DNA of 64,000 nt. Source: Planctomycetaceae bacterium (GTDB taxonomy: Bacteria; Planctomycetota; Phycisphaerae; Phycisphaerales; SM1A02). The position numbers were made by a program, and so were the translations under genes. The stretch lies in the NCBI GenBank assembly GCA_021297795.1, contig JAJTGL010000003.1, positions 40,370 to 104,369 of the forward strand, given 5' to 3'. The notes beneath the pieces were generated by a model. That model worked only from the letters and a program-made list of their open reading frames with translations, was not told the origin of the DNA and did no database searches. How positions within the stretch are numbered: position 1 is the first letter of the stretch; each line of letters begins with the position of its first letter. Below are positions 1-7,919 of the stretch, piece by piece.

Positions 1-191
1 TGCGCGTCCTCGCTGAACCGTCCGCGCGCTTCCGCGAGCGCGAGAAGTCCATCCACGCGCTGGCCGTAGGGTTCGAAGCCGAGTTCCTCGCGGAAACGCT
101 TCAACTTGGCGCGCCTCGATGCGACGATTTCGGATTCGGTCTGGGCCGGTGCGGTGGCTTCGGGCGCAGGGTCTGTCTTTGGATCCGTCAT
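1..191 (-). CDS. lysS: lysine--tRNA ligase, N-terminal fragment (gene runs off the left edge)
   Basis: My reverse-complement translation from the ATG at 191 gives MTDPKTDPAPEATAPAQTESEIVASRRAKLKRFREELGFEPYGQRVDGLLALAEARGRF. The RR-KL-x-x-R-E-x-G-x-x-PY pattern is typical of class II LysRS N-termini. It is absent from the ORF track because it is truncated. Confidence 0.5.
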   Translation of the reverse strand, partial: MTDPKTDPAPEATAPAQTESEIVASRRAKLKRFREELGFEPYGQRVDGLLALAEARGRFSEDA

Positions 192-318
192 GGGGCGTGA
201 ATCCTACCGATCCGGCGTGGTCGGCGGGCGTTTTCCGCTACCCTTCCGGACTGCACGCCGCGGAGCACCCTCCGCACGCGGCCGCGAGACGAGTGCACGA
301 AGGACCGACGAGAACCAC

Positions 319-1461
319 ATGTCACCCACGATCCGAAGACTCGGCATCCTGACCGGCGGCGGAGACTGCCCCGGTCTCAACGCGGTCATCCGCGCCGTCG
401 CGAAGACCGCGATCCTGCAGTACGGCATCGAGGTCGTCGGCATCGAGGACGGCTTCCAAGGGCTCATCGAGCACCGCGTCCGACCGCTCGGCATCAAGGA
501 CGTCTCCGGGATCCTGACCCGCGGCGGCACGATCCTCGGCTCGAACAACAAGTGCAATCCAGCGCGGTACTGCACCGGCCGCACGGCGACCGGCGAACCG
601 ATCTGGGAGGACGTCACCGAGAAGTGCCTGACGACGCTCGCGCGCGAGCGGCTCGACACGCTCATCGTGATCGGCGGCGATGGCACCATGGCGTGCGCCG
701 CGCCGATGGCGAAGGCGGGCATCAACGTCATCGGCGTCCCGAAGACGATCGACAACGATCTCGTGGGAACGGAGATCACCTTCGGATTCCTCACCGCCGT
801 CGCGACCGCGACCGAGGCGCTCGACCGACTCCATTCGACCGCCGACAGCCATCACCGCGTGATGGTGTGCGAGGTCATGGGCCGCAACGCCGGCTGGATC
901 GCGCTCACCGCGGGCGTCGCCAGCGGATCCGACGTGATCCTCATGCCCGAGATCCCCTTCGATCTTCGGATGATCGCGAACGACATCGAGAAGCGCATGC
1001 GCGGCCCCGGCTTCGCGATCGTGGTGGTCGCGGAAGGTGCGCGCGTGAAGAACGGCCAGCAGGTCATCGGCCGCTACGACCCGACGAGTCCGGATCCGGT
1101 GCGATTCGGCGGCATCGGAAACCTCGTCGCGACGGAACTCTCCGATCTCACCGGGATCGAGACGCGCACCACGGTGCTCGGTCACACGCAGCGCGGCGGC
1201 GCACCGATCGCCGCCGACCGCATCCTCGCGACCAACTTCGGCTTCCATGCGATGGCCGTCCTGGCGAGCGGCAAGCGGAACCGCATGGTCGTGCGCGAGA
1301 ACAACCTGTTCTCCGACATCGATCTCTTCGAGACGGTCGGGAAGCAGCGACTCGTGCCGATCGACCATCCGCTGATCGCCGCGGCGCGCGCGATCGGCAC
1401 CAGCTTCGGCGACGGGGCGGGCTCGATCGCGGCGAAGCCGATCCCGGCGGCGCTCGTCTGA
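319..1461 (+). CDS. pfkA: ATP-dependent 6-phosphofructokinase
   Basis: RRLGILTGGGDCPGLNAVIRAV, IGGDGT and PKTIDND motifs are present. GGDG rather than GGDD favours an ATP-dependent enzyme. I place the start at the ATG at 319 (MSPTIRRLG), inside track ORF 106..1461. Confidence 0.9.
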   Translation: MSPTIRRLGILTGGGDCPGLNAVIRAVAKTAILQYGIEVVGIEDGFQGLIEHRVRPLGIKDVSGILTRGGTILGSNNKCNPARYCTGRTATGEPIWEDVTEKCLTTLARERLDTLIVIGGDGTMACAAPMAKAGINVIGVPKTIDNDLVGTEITFGFLTAVATATEALDRLHSTADSHHRVMVCEVMGRNAGWIALTAGVASGSDVILMPEIPFDLRMIANDIEKRMRGPGFAIVVVAEGARVKNGQQVIGRYDPTSPDPVRFGGIGNLVATELSDLTGIETRTTVLGHTQRGGAPIAADRILATNFGFHAMAVLASGKRNRMVVRENNLFSDIDLFETVGKQRLVPIDHPLIAAARAIGTSFGDGAGSIAAKPIPAALV

Positions 1462-1567
1462 GCGACGTCAACTCGCCGCCTCTGGCGTGACAACGACCGC
1501 CTCTGCCCGCCCTCGTACTGGCGCGAGCCCTGTCGCCTCCGGTGCCGGCACGCCCGCGCTCCCATCG

Positions 1568-1620
1568 GTGCCGCGCAGCGACCCGCTTGTACCCGCTCGT
1601 ACCCGCGAGCCACCCGGCAC
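1568..1620. repeat. REP-like about 53-bp element (GTGCCG...acccgctcgtacccgc...CCCGGCAC), copy 1
   Basis: The termini GTGCCG / CGGCAC are inverted repeats around an acccgctcgt-type internal repeat. Closely related copies lie at 1678..1730 and four more at 47736..48101. Confidence 0.6.
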
Positions 1621-1677
1621 CCGAATCGACTCGACGCAATCCGAGGTCGTCTCAACCGTCTCGGTGAGCTCGACACC

Positions 1678-1730
1678 GTGCCGGGAGCGCACCCGCTCGC
1701 ACCGCCTCGTACCCGCGAGCTACCCGGCAC
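1678..1730. repeat. REP-like about 53-bp element, copy 2
   Basis: gtgccgggagcgcacccgctcgcaccgcctcgtacccgcgagctacccggcac has the same architecture as 1568..1620. It lies in the intergenic gap between pfkA and the HAD phosphatase. Confidence 0.6.
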
Positions 1731-1808
1731 CGCCTCGCGGCCCCCCGCACCCGCCCCCTGTACACTGTCGCACCCGCACGCGGATCCTGGCGACCGCTGA
1801 GAGCACGC

Positions 1809-2744
1809 ATGGAACCAGCGATCTTCCTCGACCGAGACGGCACACTCGTTCCCGACGACGAGCACGCCGGCAATCCCGCACACGTGCGCATCATCGACGG
1901 CGTCCCTGCCGCGCTTCGCCGCCTCCGCGACGCCGGCTTCCGACTTGTCGTCGCCACCAACCAGGGCGGCGTCGCCCGTGGCCGATTCACCGAGGCCGAT
2001 GTCGACGCCGTCCACTCGAAGGTCGGTGAACTGATCGACGGCGCCACCGGGCTCAAGCGAACCATCGAGCGCTTCTACTACTGTCCGTTCCATCCCAAGG
2101 GCACCGTCCCGAGCTACACGCGCGAGCATCCCTGGCGCAAGCCGAAGCCCGGCATGCTCCAGCAGGCCGCGCAGGACATGGAGCTCGACATCGAGCACTC
2201 GTGGCTCGTCGGCGACAGCCCCCGCGACATCGCCGCCGGTCGAGCAGCCGGCCTCCGCACGATCCTCGTGAGCCGCGACCAGACTCGCATCGCGGAAGCC
2301 GCGCCCGACTTCTCCGCCGCGTCGCTCGGCGAGGCCGTCGAGACGATCCTCCGACACCGCGATCGCCCCGTCGCCGCAGCGGCAGTGCAGACCCGACCGA
2401 AGCGCAAGCGTCGCGCGAACGCCGCCGCCGCGGCGACGGCCTCCGTGCCACACGCGAGCGGCGTCGCTAGCACCGGCGCCTTCGCGAACAAGGGCAATGG
2501 CGGCGGTGAACGCCTGCGCCGCGCCATCGCCGACCTCACCGAGGAAGTCCGCGCGCTGCGTCTCCGTCGAAGCGAGACCGGCGCGATCCGCCTCGCCGCG
2601 ATGGGCGTGCAGCTCCTCGCGATCATGGTCGCGACGATCGCATTCCTGAACCTCGCGGACTTCGAGAACTTCGTGCGTTGGTCGGCGGGCGCGGCGCTGC
2701 TCCAGCTGGTCACGATCACGATCCTCCTGTTCGACCGAGGCTGA
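1809..2744 (+). CDS. gmhB: HAD-IIIA phosphatase (D,D-heptose 1,7-bisphosphate phosphatase / histidinol-phosphatase-like) with a C-terminal hydrophobic extension
   Basis: FLDRDGTL (DxDxT nucleophile motif), VVATNQGGVARG, CPFHP, RKPKPGM and VGDSPRDIAAGRAAG are present. The last about 130 aa are not part of the usual GmhB fold and contain hydrophobic helices (IRLAAMGVQLLAIMVATIAFL, AALLQLVTITILLF). Confidence 0.7.
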   Translation: MEPAIFLDRDGTLVPDDEHAGNPAHVRIIDGVPAALRRLRDAGFRLVVATNQGGVARGRFTEADVDAVHSKVGELIDGATGLKRTIERFYYCPFHPKGTVPSYTREHPWRKPKPGMLQQAAQDMELDIEHSWLVGDSPRDIAAGRAAGLRTILVSRDQTRIAEAAPDFSAASLGEAVETILRHRDRPVAAAAVQTRPKRKRRANAAAAATASVPHASGVASTGAFANKGNGGGERLRRAIADLTEEVRALRLRRSETGAIRLAAMGVQLLAIMVATIAFLNLADFENFVRWSAGAALLQLVTITILLFDRG

Positions 2745-2746
2745 CG

Positions 2747-2830
2747 CGCGAAGTTCAACGCGAAGTTCAACGCGAAGTTCAACGCGAAGTTCAACGCGAA
2801 GTTCAACGCGAAGTTCAACGCGAAGTCCGA
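2747..2830. repeat. 12-bp tandem repeat (cgcgaagttcaa x6 perfect plus 1 degenerate)
   Basis: Read directly from the sequence. It starts 3 nt after the stop codon of the HAD phosphatase gene. Confidence 0.9.
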
Positions 2831-2890
2831 CGCGACGAGCGCCGCATCGGACTCGGAGCCTGAGGCGGCGGACGACTCGACGCAACGAAC

Positions 2891-3157
2891 ATGCAGCCCA
2901 TCCGCATCATCCTGCGCGCCGCCTATCCGGCTTCGCTCGAGAGCGCGGTGCTGCAGGATCTCGTGCGCGCGAGCGTCGCCGAGACCGCCGAGCATCAAGG
3001 CCTGCCGACCCCGACCACCGAGATCCACGCCGATCGGATCGAGATCCTCGTCGCCGCGCCGGGTCCGGTGGCGATCGCGCTCGCCACCGAGGTTCGCCGC
3101 GCCACGGGGCTCTGGCACCGCAGGAAGTACGGCACGCCGCTCTGGCTCGGCGAGTGA
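2891..3157 (+). CDS. hypothetical small protein (88 aa)
   Basis: The frame is open with almost exclusively G/C in third positions and lies directly upstream of plsY on the same strand. I recognise no family. Confidence 0.5.
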   Translation: MQPIRIILRAAYPASLESAVLQDLVRASVAETAEHQGLPTPTTEIHADRIEILVAAPGPVAIALATEVRRATGLWHRRKYGTPLWLGE

Positions 3158-3216
3158 CTCCGGCCATCCGAACTCCCGGACGACCGAGCGGATGCGCTTT
3201 CCGTATCATCGACCCC

Positions 3217-4005
3217 ATGTCCGCCCCTCTCGCCGAATCCGCTCAGGTCGCCGCCGACGCGCCGCTCGCGTGGGCGGCCGCGCTGGTGGGCGCCTACCTC
3301 GTCGGCAGCATCCCGACCGCGCATCTCCTCGCCCGGCGACGCGGGATCGATCTCGGCCAGGTCGGCTCGAGGAGCTATGGCGCAACGAATCTCGGCCGCA
3401 CGCTCGGCCGCACGTGGGGAATCGCCTGCTTCCTCCTCGACGCGCTGAAGGGCGCGATCCCGGTGCTCGTCCTCGGCTGGCTGATCGGCGCGCTCGGCGC
3501 CGCGCCCGGCTCGACCCCGCCCGAGACCGCATGGCTCTGGCTCGCGACCGCAACCGCCGCCATCGTGGGCCACACGCTCTCTCCGTGGATCGGCTTCAAG
3601 GGCGGCAAGGGTGTCGCCACCGGGTTCGGCGCGTTGGCCGCGATGTGGCCGGTCCTCACGATCCCCGCGGGACTCGCCCTTCTCCTCTGGTGCGTCCTCG
3701 TCCTCATCTTCCGCATGGTGAGCCTCGCCTCCATGGTCGCGGCGGTCAGCGTCCCCTGCTCCGTCGCCGTCGCCGCGATCTCGTCGAACGGCCTTGGCGG
3801 CGTGCGCGATGCGGTGCCCTACCTCGCGATCAGCGCGCTCATCGCCTTCTTCGTCGTGTGGAAGCACCGGGCCAACATCGCACGCATCCGTGCGGGCACC
3901 GAGAGCAAGGTCCTGCAGAAGAAGCCGGCCGATCCGGCGCCGGGCGGCGGTGGCGGCGTGAAGGACGCGAAGGACGCGAAGCCGACGACGGGAACGAAGC
4001 CATGA
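3217..4005 (+). CDS. plsY: glycerol-3-phosphate acyltransferase PlsY
   Basis: YLVGSIPTAHLLARRRGIDL..GS.SYGATNLGRTLG...FLLDALKG matches the PlsY signature. The protein is multi-pass hydrophobic. I place the start at the ATG at 3217, inside ORF 3154..4005. Confidence 0.85.
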   Translation: MSAPLAESAQVAADAPLAWAAALVGAYLVGSIPTAHLLARRRGIDLGQVGSRSYGATNLGRTLGRTWGIACFLLDALKGAIPVLVLGWLIGALGAAPGSTPPETAWLWLATATAAIVGHTLSPWIGFKGGKGVATGFGALAAMWPVLTIPAGLALLLWCVLVLIFRMVSLASMVAAVSVPCSVAVAAISSNGLGGVRDAVPYLAISALIAFFVVWKHRANIARIRAGTESKVLQKKPADPAPGGGGGVKDAKDAKPTTGTKP

Positions 4006-5444
4006 CCGACACCCAGCACACGGGATACCGCTCCCCGCTCGAGACCCGCAACGCAAGCCGCGAGATGCGCGAACTCTGGAGCGAGCAGCGCAAGTTCTCG
4101 ACGTGGCGGCGCATCTGGCTCGCGCTCGCCGAGAGCCAGCACGAACTCGGCCTCCCCGTCGCGCGCACGCAGGTCGACGCGATCCGTGCGCATCTCGACG
4201 ACATCGACTTCGCCGCGGCCGCCGAGCACGAGCGCCGTCTGCGCCACGACGTGATGGCGCATGTCCACACGCTCGGAGACGCGGCGCCCGAGGCACGCGC
4301 GATCATCCACTTCGGCGCGACCAGCCAGGACGTGGTCTGCAACGCCGACATCCTTGTCCTCCGCGACGCGCTCGCGATCACCGCCGGGAAGATCGCGCGC
4401 GTCGTCGATCGTCTGAGCACCTTCGCGACGAAGTGGCGCGCGCTCCCGACCCTTGGCTTCACCCACTTCCAGCCCGCGCAGCCGACGACCGTCGGCAAGC
4501 GTGCCACGCTTTGGGCGCAGGACTTCGCGATCGCCCTGGAGCAGGTCGAGTTCGCGCAGTCGTCGCTGCGCCTCCGCGGCCTGCGCGGCGCGACGGGCAC
4601 GCAGGCGTCCTACCTCGGCCTCCTCGACGGCGATGCCTCGAAGGTCGATCTCCTCGAGCGGAAGTTCGCGGAGAAGCTCGGCTGGCCCGTCGACCGCATG
4701 CTCGCCGTCTGCGGCCAGACCTATCCACGCCTCGTCGATGCGCAGGTCGTCGCCGCGCTCGCGGTCGCGGCGAGCGCCGTCCACAAGTGCGCCACCGACA
4801 TCCGTCTCCTCGCCAACCGCAAGGAGATCGAGGAGCCCTTCGAGAAGGACCAGATCGGCTCCTCCGCGATGGCCTACAAGCGCAATCCCATGCGCTGCGA
4901 ACGCGCCTGCGGCCTCGCGCGCTTCGTGATGGGCCTCGTCAACGATCCGCTCCAGACCCACGCGACGCAGTGGCTCGAGCGCACGCTCGACGACTCGTCG
5001 AATCGCCGGCTCGTGCTGCCAGAGGCGTTCCTCGCGCTCGATGGCACGCTCGACATCCTGTCGAACGTCGCCGAGGGACTCGTGGTCTGGGAAGCGACCG
5101 TCGCGGCCAACCTCGCCGCCGAGCTTCCGTTCATGGCGAGCGAGAACATCATGCTCGCGGCGACCCGCGCTGGCGCCGACCGCCAGGAGGCGCACGAGGT
5201 GATCCGCGTCCACTCGATGGCCGCCGCCGAGGAGGTGAAGCGCTTCGGCAAGCCGAACGACCTGATGGAGCGGCTCAAGCGCGATCCCTTCTTCGCGAAG
5301 GTCGACCTCGACGGCGCCCTCGACCCGGCGAAGTTCGTGGGCCGCGCACCCGAGCAGGTCGACCGCTTCGTCACGACCGTGGTCGACCCCGTGCGCCGTC
5401 GCCATGCGGCGGCACTCGGCGCGAAGGCGGAACTCCGCGTCTGA
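4002..5444 (+). CDS. purB: adenylosuccinate lyase
   Basis: YRSPLETRNASREMRELWS, HFGATSQDV, FTHFQPAQPTT and GSSAMAYKRNP (fumarate-lyase signature) are present. The ATG at 4002 overlaps the plsY stop (ATGA). The upstream part of track ORF 3192..5444 is an out-of-frame artefact. Confidence 0.95.
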   Translation: MTDTQHTGYRSPLETRNASREMRELWSEQRKFSTWRRIWLALAESQHELGLPVARTQVDAIRAHLDDIDFAAAAEHERRLRHDVMAHVHTLGDAAPEARAIIHFGATSQDVVCNADILVLRDALAITAGKIARVVDRLSTFATKWRALPTLGFTHFQPAQPTTVGKRATLWAQDFAIALEQVEFAQSSLRLRGLRGATGTQASYLGLLDGDASKVDLLERKFAEKLGWPVDRMLAVCGQTYPRLVDAQVVAALAVAASAVHKCATDIRLLANRKEIEEPFEKDQIGSSAMAYKRNPMRCERACGLARFVMGLVNDPLQTHATQWLERTLDDSSNRRLVLPEAFLALDGTLDILSNVAEGLVVWEATVAANLAAELPFMASENIMLAATRAGADRQEAHEVIRVHSMAAAEEVKRFGKPNDLMERLKRDPFFAKVDLDGALDPAKFVGRAPEQVDRFVTTVVDPVRRRHAAALGAKAELRV

Positions 5445-5500
5445 ATCGCAACGCGACGCAGCGACCGGAATCGATCCAACCGGAACCACGGGACCCACCC

Positions 5501-6079
5501 ATGCCAATCCCCCGACTCTCGCTCGAACGGACCGCGCTCCTCGTCATCGACGTGCAGGAGCGGCTTCTCCCGACGATCTTCGATGCGGACCGGGTGGTCG
5601 CCAACTGCGCCGCCGCGCTCGACGCCGCACGCACCCTCGGGCTGCCGGCGGTCGTGACCGAGCAGTACGTCAAGGGCCTCGGCCACAGCGCAGGCGTGAT
5701 CGCCACCGCCGCGGCCGGCCACGCGGCCACCGTCGAAAAGACCCGATTCAGCGCGCTTGTCCCGGAGGTCGAGGCCTTCCTCGCGGCCGAGCGCTGCGAC
5801 GACGTGCTCGTCTGCGGGGTCGAGGCCCACGTCTGCGTGCAGCAGACCGTCCTCGACCTGCTCGCGTCCGGGCGACAGCCGTACCTGCTCACCGACGCCA
5901 TCTCCGCCGGTCGACCCGACCAGATCGCCCCGGCATTCCGGCGCATGGAACGCGCCGGCGCCGTCCCATCGGGTGTCCTCGGAGCCTGCTACGAGATCCT
6001 TGGGGATGCCGCCCACCCGCAATTCAAGGCGGTCCTGGGGGTGGTGAAGACACTTCGCGCCCCTTTGCCGCTACCTTGA
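5501..6079 (+). CDS. isochorismatase-family hydrolase
   Basis: ALLVIDVQERL, VVTEQ, KTRFSA and VLVCGVEAHVCVQQTVLDLL give a cysteine-hydrolase fold pattern. The start is the ATG at 5501, inside ORF 4103..6079. Confidence 0.8.
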   Translation: MPIPRLSLERTALLVIDVQERLLPTIFDADRVVANCAAALDAARTLGLPAVVTEQYVKGLGHSAGVIATAAAGHAATVEKTRFSALVPEVEAFLAAERCDDVLVCGVEAHVCVQQTVLDLLASGRQPYLLTDAISAGRPDQIAPAFRRMERAGAVPSGVLGACYEILGDAAHPQFKAVLGVVKTLRAPLPLP

Positions 6080-6142
6080 CAGGCTGAATCCGGCCCTCAG
6101 GACGGTGTCGGGGCCGACACCACCCGCTACAGGAGACCACTG

Positions 6143-6328
6143 ATGGAACTCTACGAACAGCTCTGCGCCAAGGTCCGCGAGGTCGAGGAGGACATGAAGA
6201 AGGCCGTCGGTGGCAACAAGGCCGCCGGCACCCGTGTCCGCAAGTCGATGCAGGAGATCAAGGATCTCGCCCAGCAGATCCGCACGAAGGTGCTCGAGAT
6301 GCGCGGCTCCGAGGACGGCGCGGAGTAA
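6143..6328 (+). CDS. histone H1-like DNA-binding protein (Hc1 N-terminal-domain family)
   Basis: The 61-aa sequence MELYEQLCAKVREVEEDMKKAVGGNKAAGTRVRKSMQEIKDLAQQIRTKVLE resembles, from memory, the chlamydial Hc1 N-terminus (...KAEKGNKAAAQRVRT.S..L.K.AK..R). Confidence 0.65.
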   Translation: MELYEQLCAKVREVEEDMKKAVGGNKAAGTRVRKSMQEIKDLAQQIRTKVLEMRGSEDGAE

Positions 6329-6344
6329 CTCCGCGCACCACGCC

Positions 6345-6818
6345 GTGGCAAGCAAGCATCTGATCGACCTCACCGCGATCGACCTCTCGAGGACGATCTG
6401 CGACAGTCGCGGGCTCGACGAGTATCTGCCTCAGACCGGGCCGATGCGGCAATGCGACCGCATCGTCTGGGTGAGCGAGGATCTCCGGAAGTGCATCGGC
6501 ATGAAGTACGTCCGGCCAGATGAGTTCTGGTGCGAGCACCACATCAAGGGGCGCCCGCTCTATCCGGGCGTGCTGATGATCGAGTCGACCGCGCAATGCG
6601 CGAGCTGGCTCTTCCGCACGCGCTTTCCGGCGCTTGGATTCCTCGGCTTCCTGCGCTGCGACGAAGCCTCGTTCCGAGGGCAGGTCGTTCCCGGCGATGA
6701 GTTCGTGATCCTCGTCGAGGAGATCGAGGCAACGCCCCGCCGCTTCATCTCGAAGACGCAGGGCATCGTGCGCGGCAAGCTCGTCTTCGAGGCGAAGATC
6801 ACCGGCATGGCGATCTGA
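6345..6818 (+). CDS. FabZ/FabA-like 3-hydroxyacyl-ACP dehydratase (hotdog fold)
   Basis: PDEFWCEHHIKGRPLYPGVLMIESTAQ gives the His plus PG.L..E hotdog dehydratase pattern. I chose the GTG at 6345 as start, which gives 157 aa, the usual size. Confidence 0.7.
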   Translation: MASKHLIDLTAIDLSRTICDSRGLDEYLPQTGPMRQCDRIVWVSEDLRKCIGMKYVRPDEFWCEHHIKGRPLYPGVLMIESTAQCASWLFRTRFPALGFLGFLRCDEASFRGQVVPGDEFVILVEEIEATPRRFISKTQGIVRGKLVFEAKITGMAI

Positions 6819-6866
6819 GCGCGCGAGCCAACCGCCATCGATCACGTCGCGCGCGACCCTTCCTTC

Positions 6867-7901
6867 ATGCTGCCTCCACTCCGTTTCCATGCGCTCCCGA
6901 AGGCCCGCGCGTGGGGCCCTCCGTCCGATCGCTCGAACCTGGCGCGGCTGGGCAAGCATGGGCTTTCCGACGCTCGCGTCGGCGAGTCGTGGGAGGTCGC
7001 CGATCTCCCGGAGTCGATCTCCGAGGGGCAATCGCGCGTTCTCGGCGGCAGGTTCGACGGTCAGCAGCTCCGCGATGTGCGCCTCGCGCATCGCGACGAG
7101 TTGCTCGGTGTCGCGACTCCGTCGCCGGACGGAGGCTTCCCGCTGCTCGTGAAGTTCCTCGATGCCGCGGAGAACCTCTCGGTGCAGGTTCATCCGGACG
7201 CGGCGTACGTGCGCGACCACCCGGGCACGCACCTCAAGACCGAAGCCTGGATCGTGCTCGCCGCGAAGCGAGGCGCGCGCGTCTACCGCGGGCTGACGGC
7301 CTCGACGACGCCGGACGCGTTCCGCGCGGCGGTCGAGGAAGGCCGCGCGCTCGAACACCTCGAGTCGATTCCGGTCTCGCGCGGTGACTGCATCTATCTC
7401 CCGAGCGGCATCTGTCACGCGCTCGGCGAGGGAATCCTGGTCGCCGAGGTCCAGACTCCGAGCGATACGACCTTTCGTGTATGGGACTGGGGACGGGATG
7501 ATCCGAATCGACCCCTCCATCTCGCGGAGGCGTTCGCATGCATGCGCTTCGGCGCGGCGCAGTCCGATGGGCGCGCACCAGTCGTCCGCTTCGACGACGT
7601 CGAGCCGCTCGAGGCCGCCGGTCTCTCGACGCGGCTCCTCTGCACATCGAGCTTCTTCCGCGTCGAGTGGATGGATGCGTTGTTCACCTCGAGCGTTCCG
7701 CTCGCCGAGACGGGCGTTCCTGAAGTGTGGATGACGCTCGCCGGTCGCGCCCGCTGGAGGACGACCTCCGGCGTGGTCGAGGCCCCCGCCGGCACCACCG
7801 TCCTCCGACCGGCCCACGTCGAGCCCGGCCAGGTCGATCTCGAGGAAGGATGCACCATCCTTCGCCTCTTCTGCGCCAGCCCGCTCGACCGGGCGCTCTG
7901 A
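6867..7901 (+). CDS. manA: type I mannose-6-phosphate isomerase (cupin)
   Basis: GESWEV, FPLLVKFLDAAENLSVQVHPD and KTEAWIVL are the characteristic PMI-I metal-binding and cupin motifs. Confidence 0.8.
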   Translation: MLPPLRFHALPKARAWGPPSDRSNLARLGKHGLSDARVGESWEVADLPESISEGQSRVLGGRFDGQQLRDVRLAHRDELLGVATPSPDGGFPLLVKFLDAAENLSVQVHPDAAYVRDHPGTHLKTEAWIVLAAKRGARVYRGLTASTTPDAFRAAVEEGRALEHLESIPVSRGDCIYLPSGICHALGEGILVAEVQTPSDTTFRVWDWGRDDPNRPLHLAEAFACMRFGAAQSDGRAPVVRFDDVEPLEAAGLSTRLLCTSSFFRVEWMDALFTSSVPLAETGVPEVWMTLAGRARWRTTSGVVEAPAGTTVLRPAHVEPGQVDLEEGCTILRLFCASPLDRAL

Positions 7902-7919
7902 ACCCGCCACAATCACGGC

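Noticed and set aside
106-318. N-terminal extensions given by the ORF track, for example pfkA from 106, purB from 3192, the peptidase from 12924 and the kinase up to 23276.
   Set aside because: The extensions overlap neighbouring genes or have non-coding composition. Conserved N-termini, RBS-like purine runs or signal peptides point to the internal starts used above.
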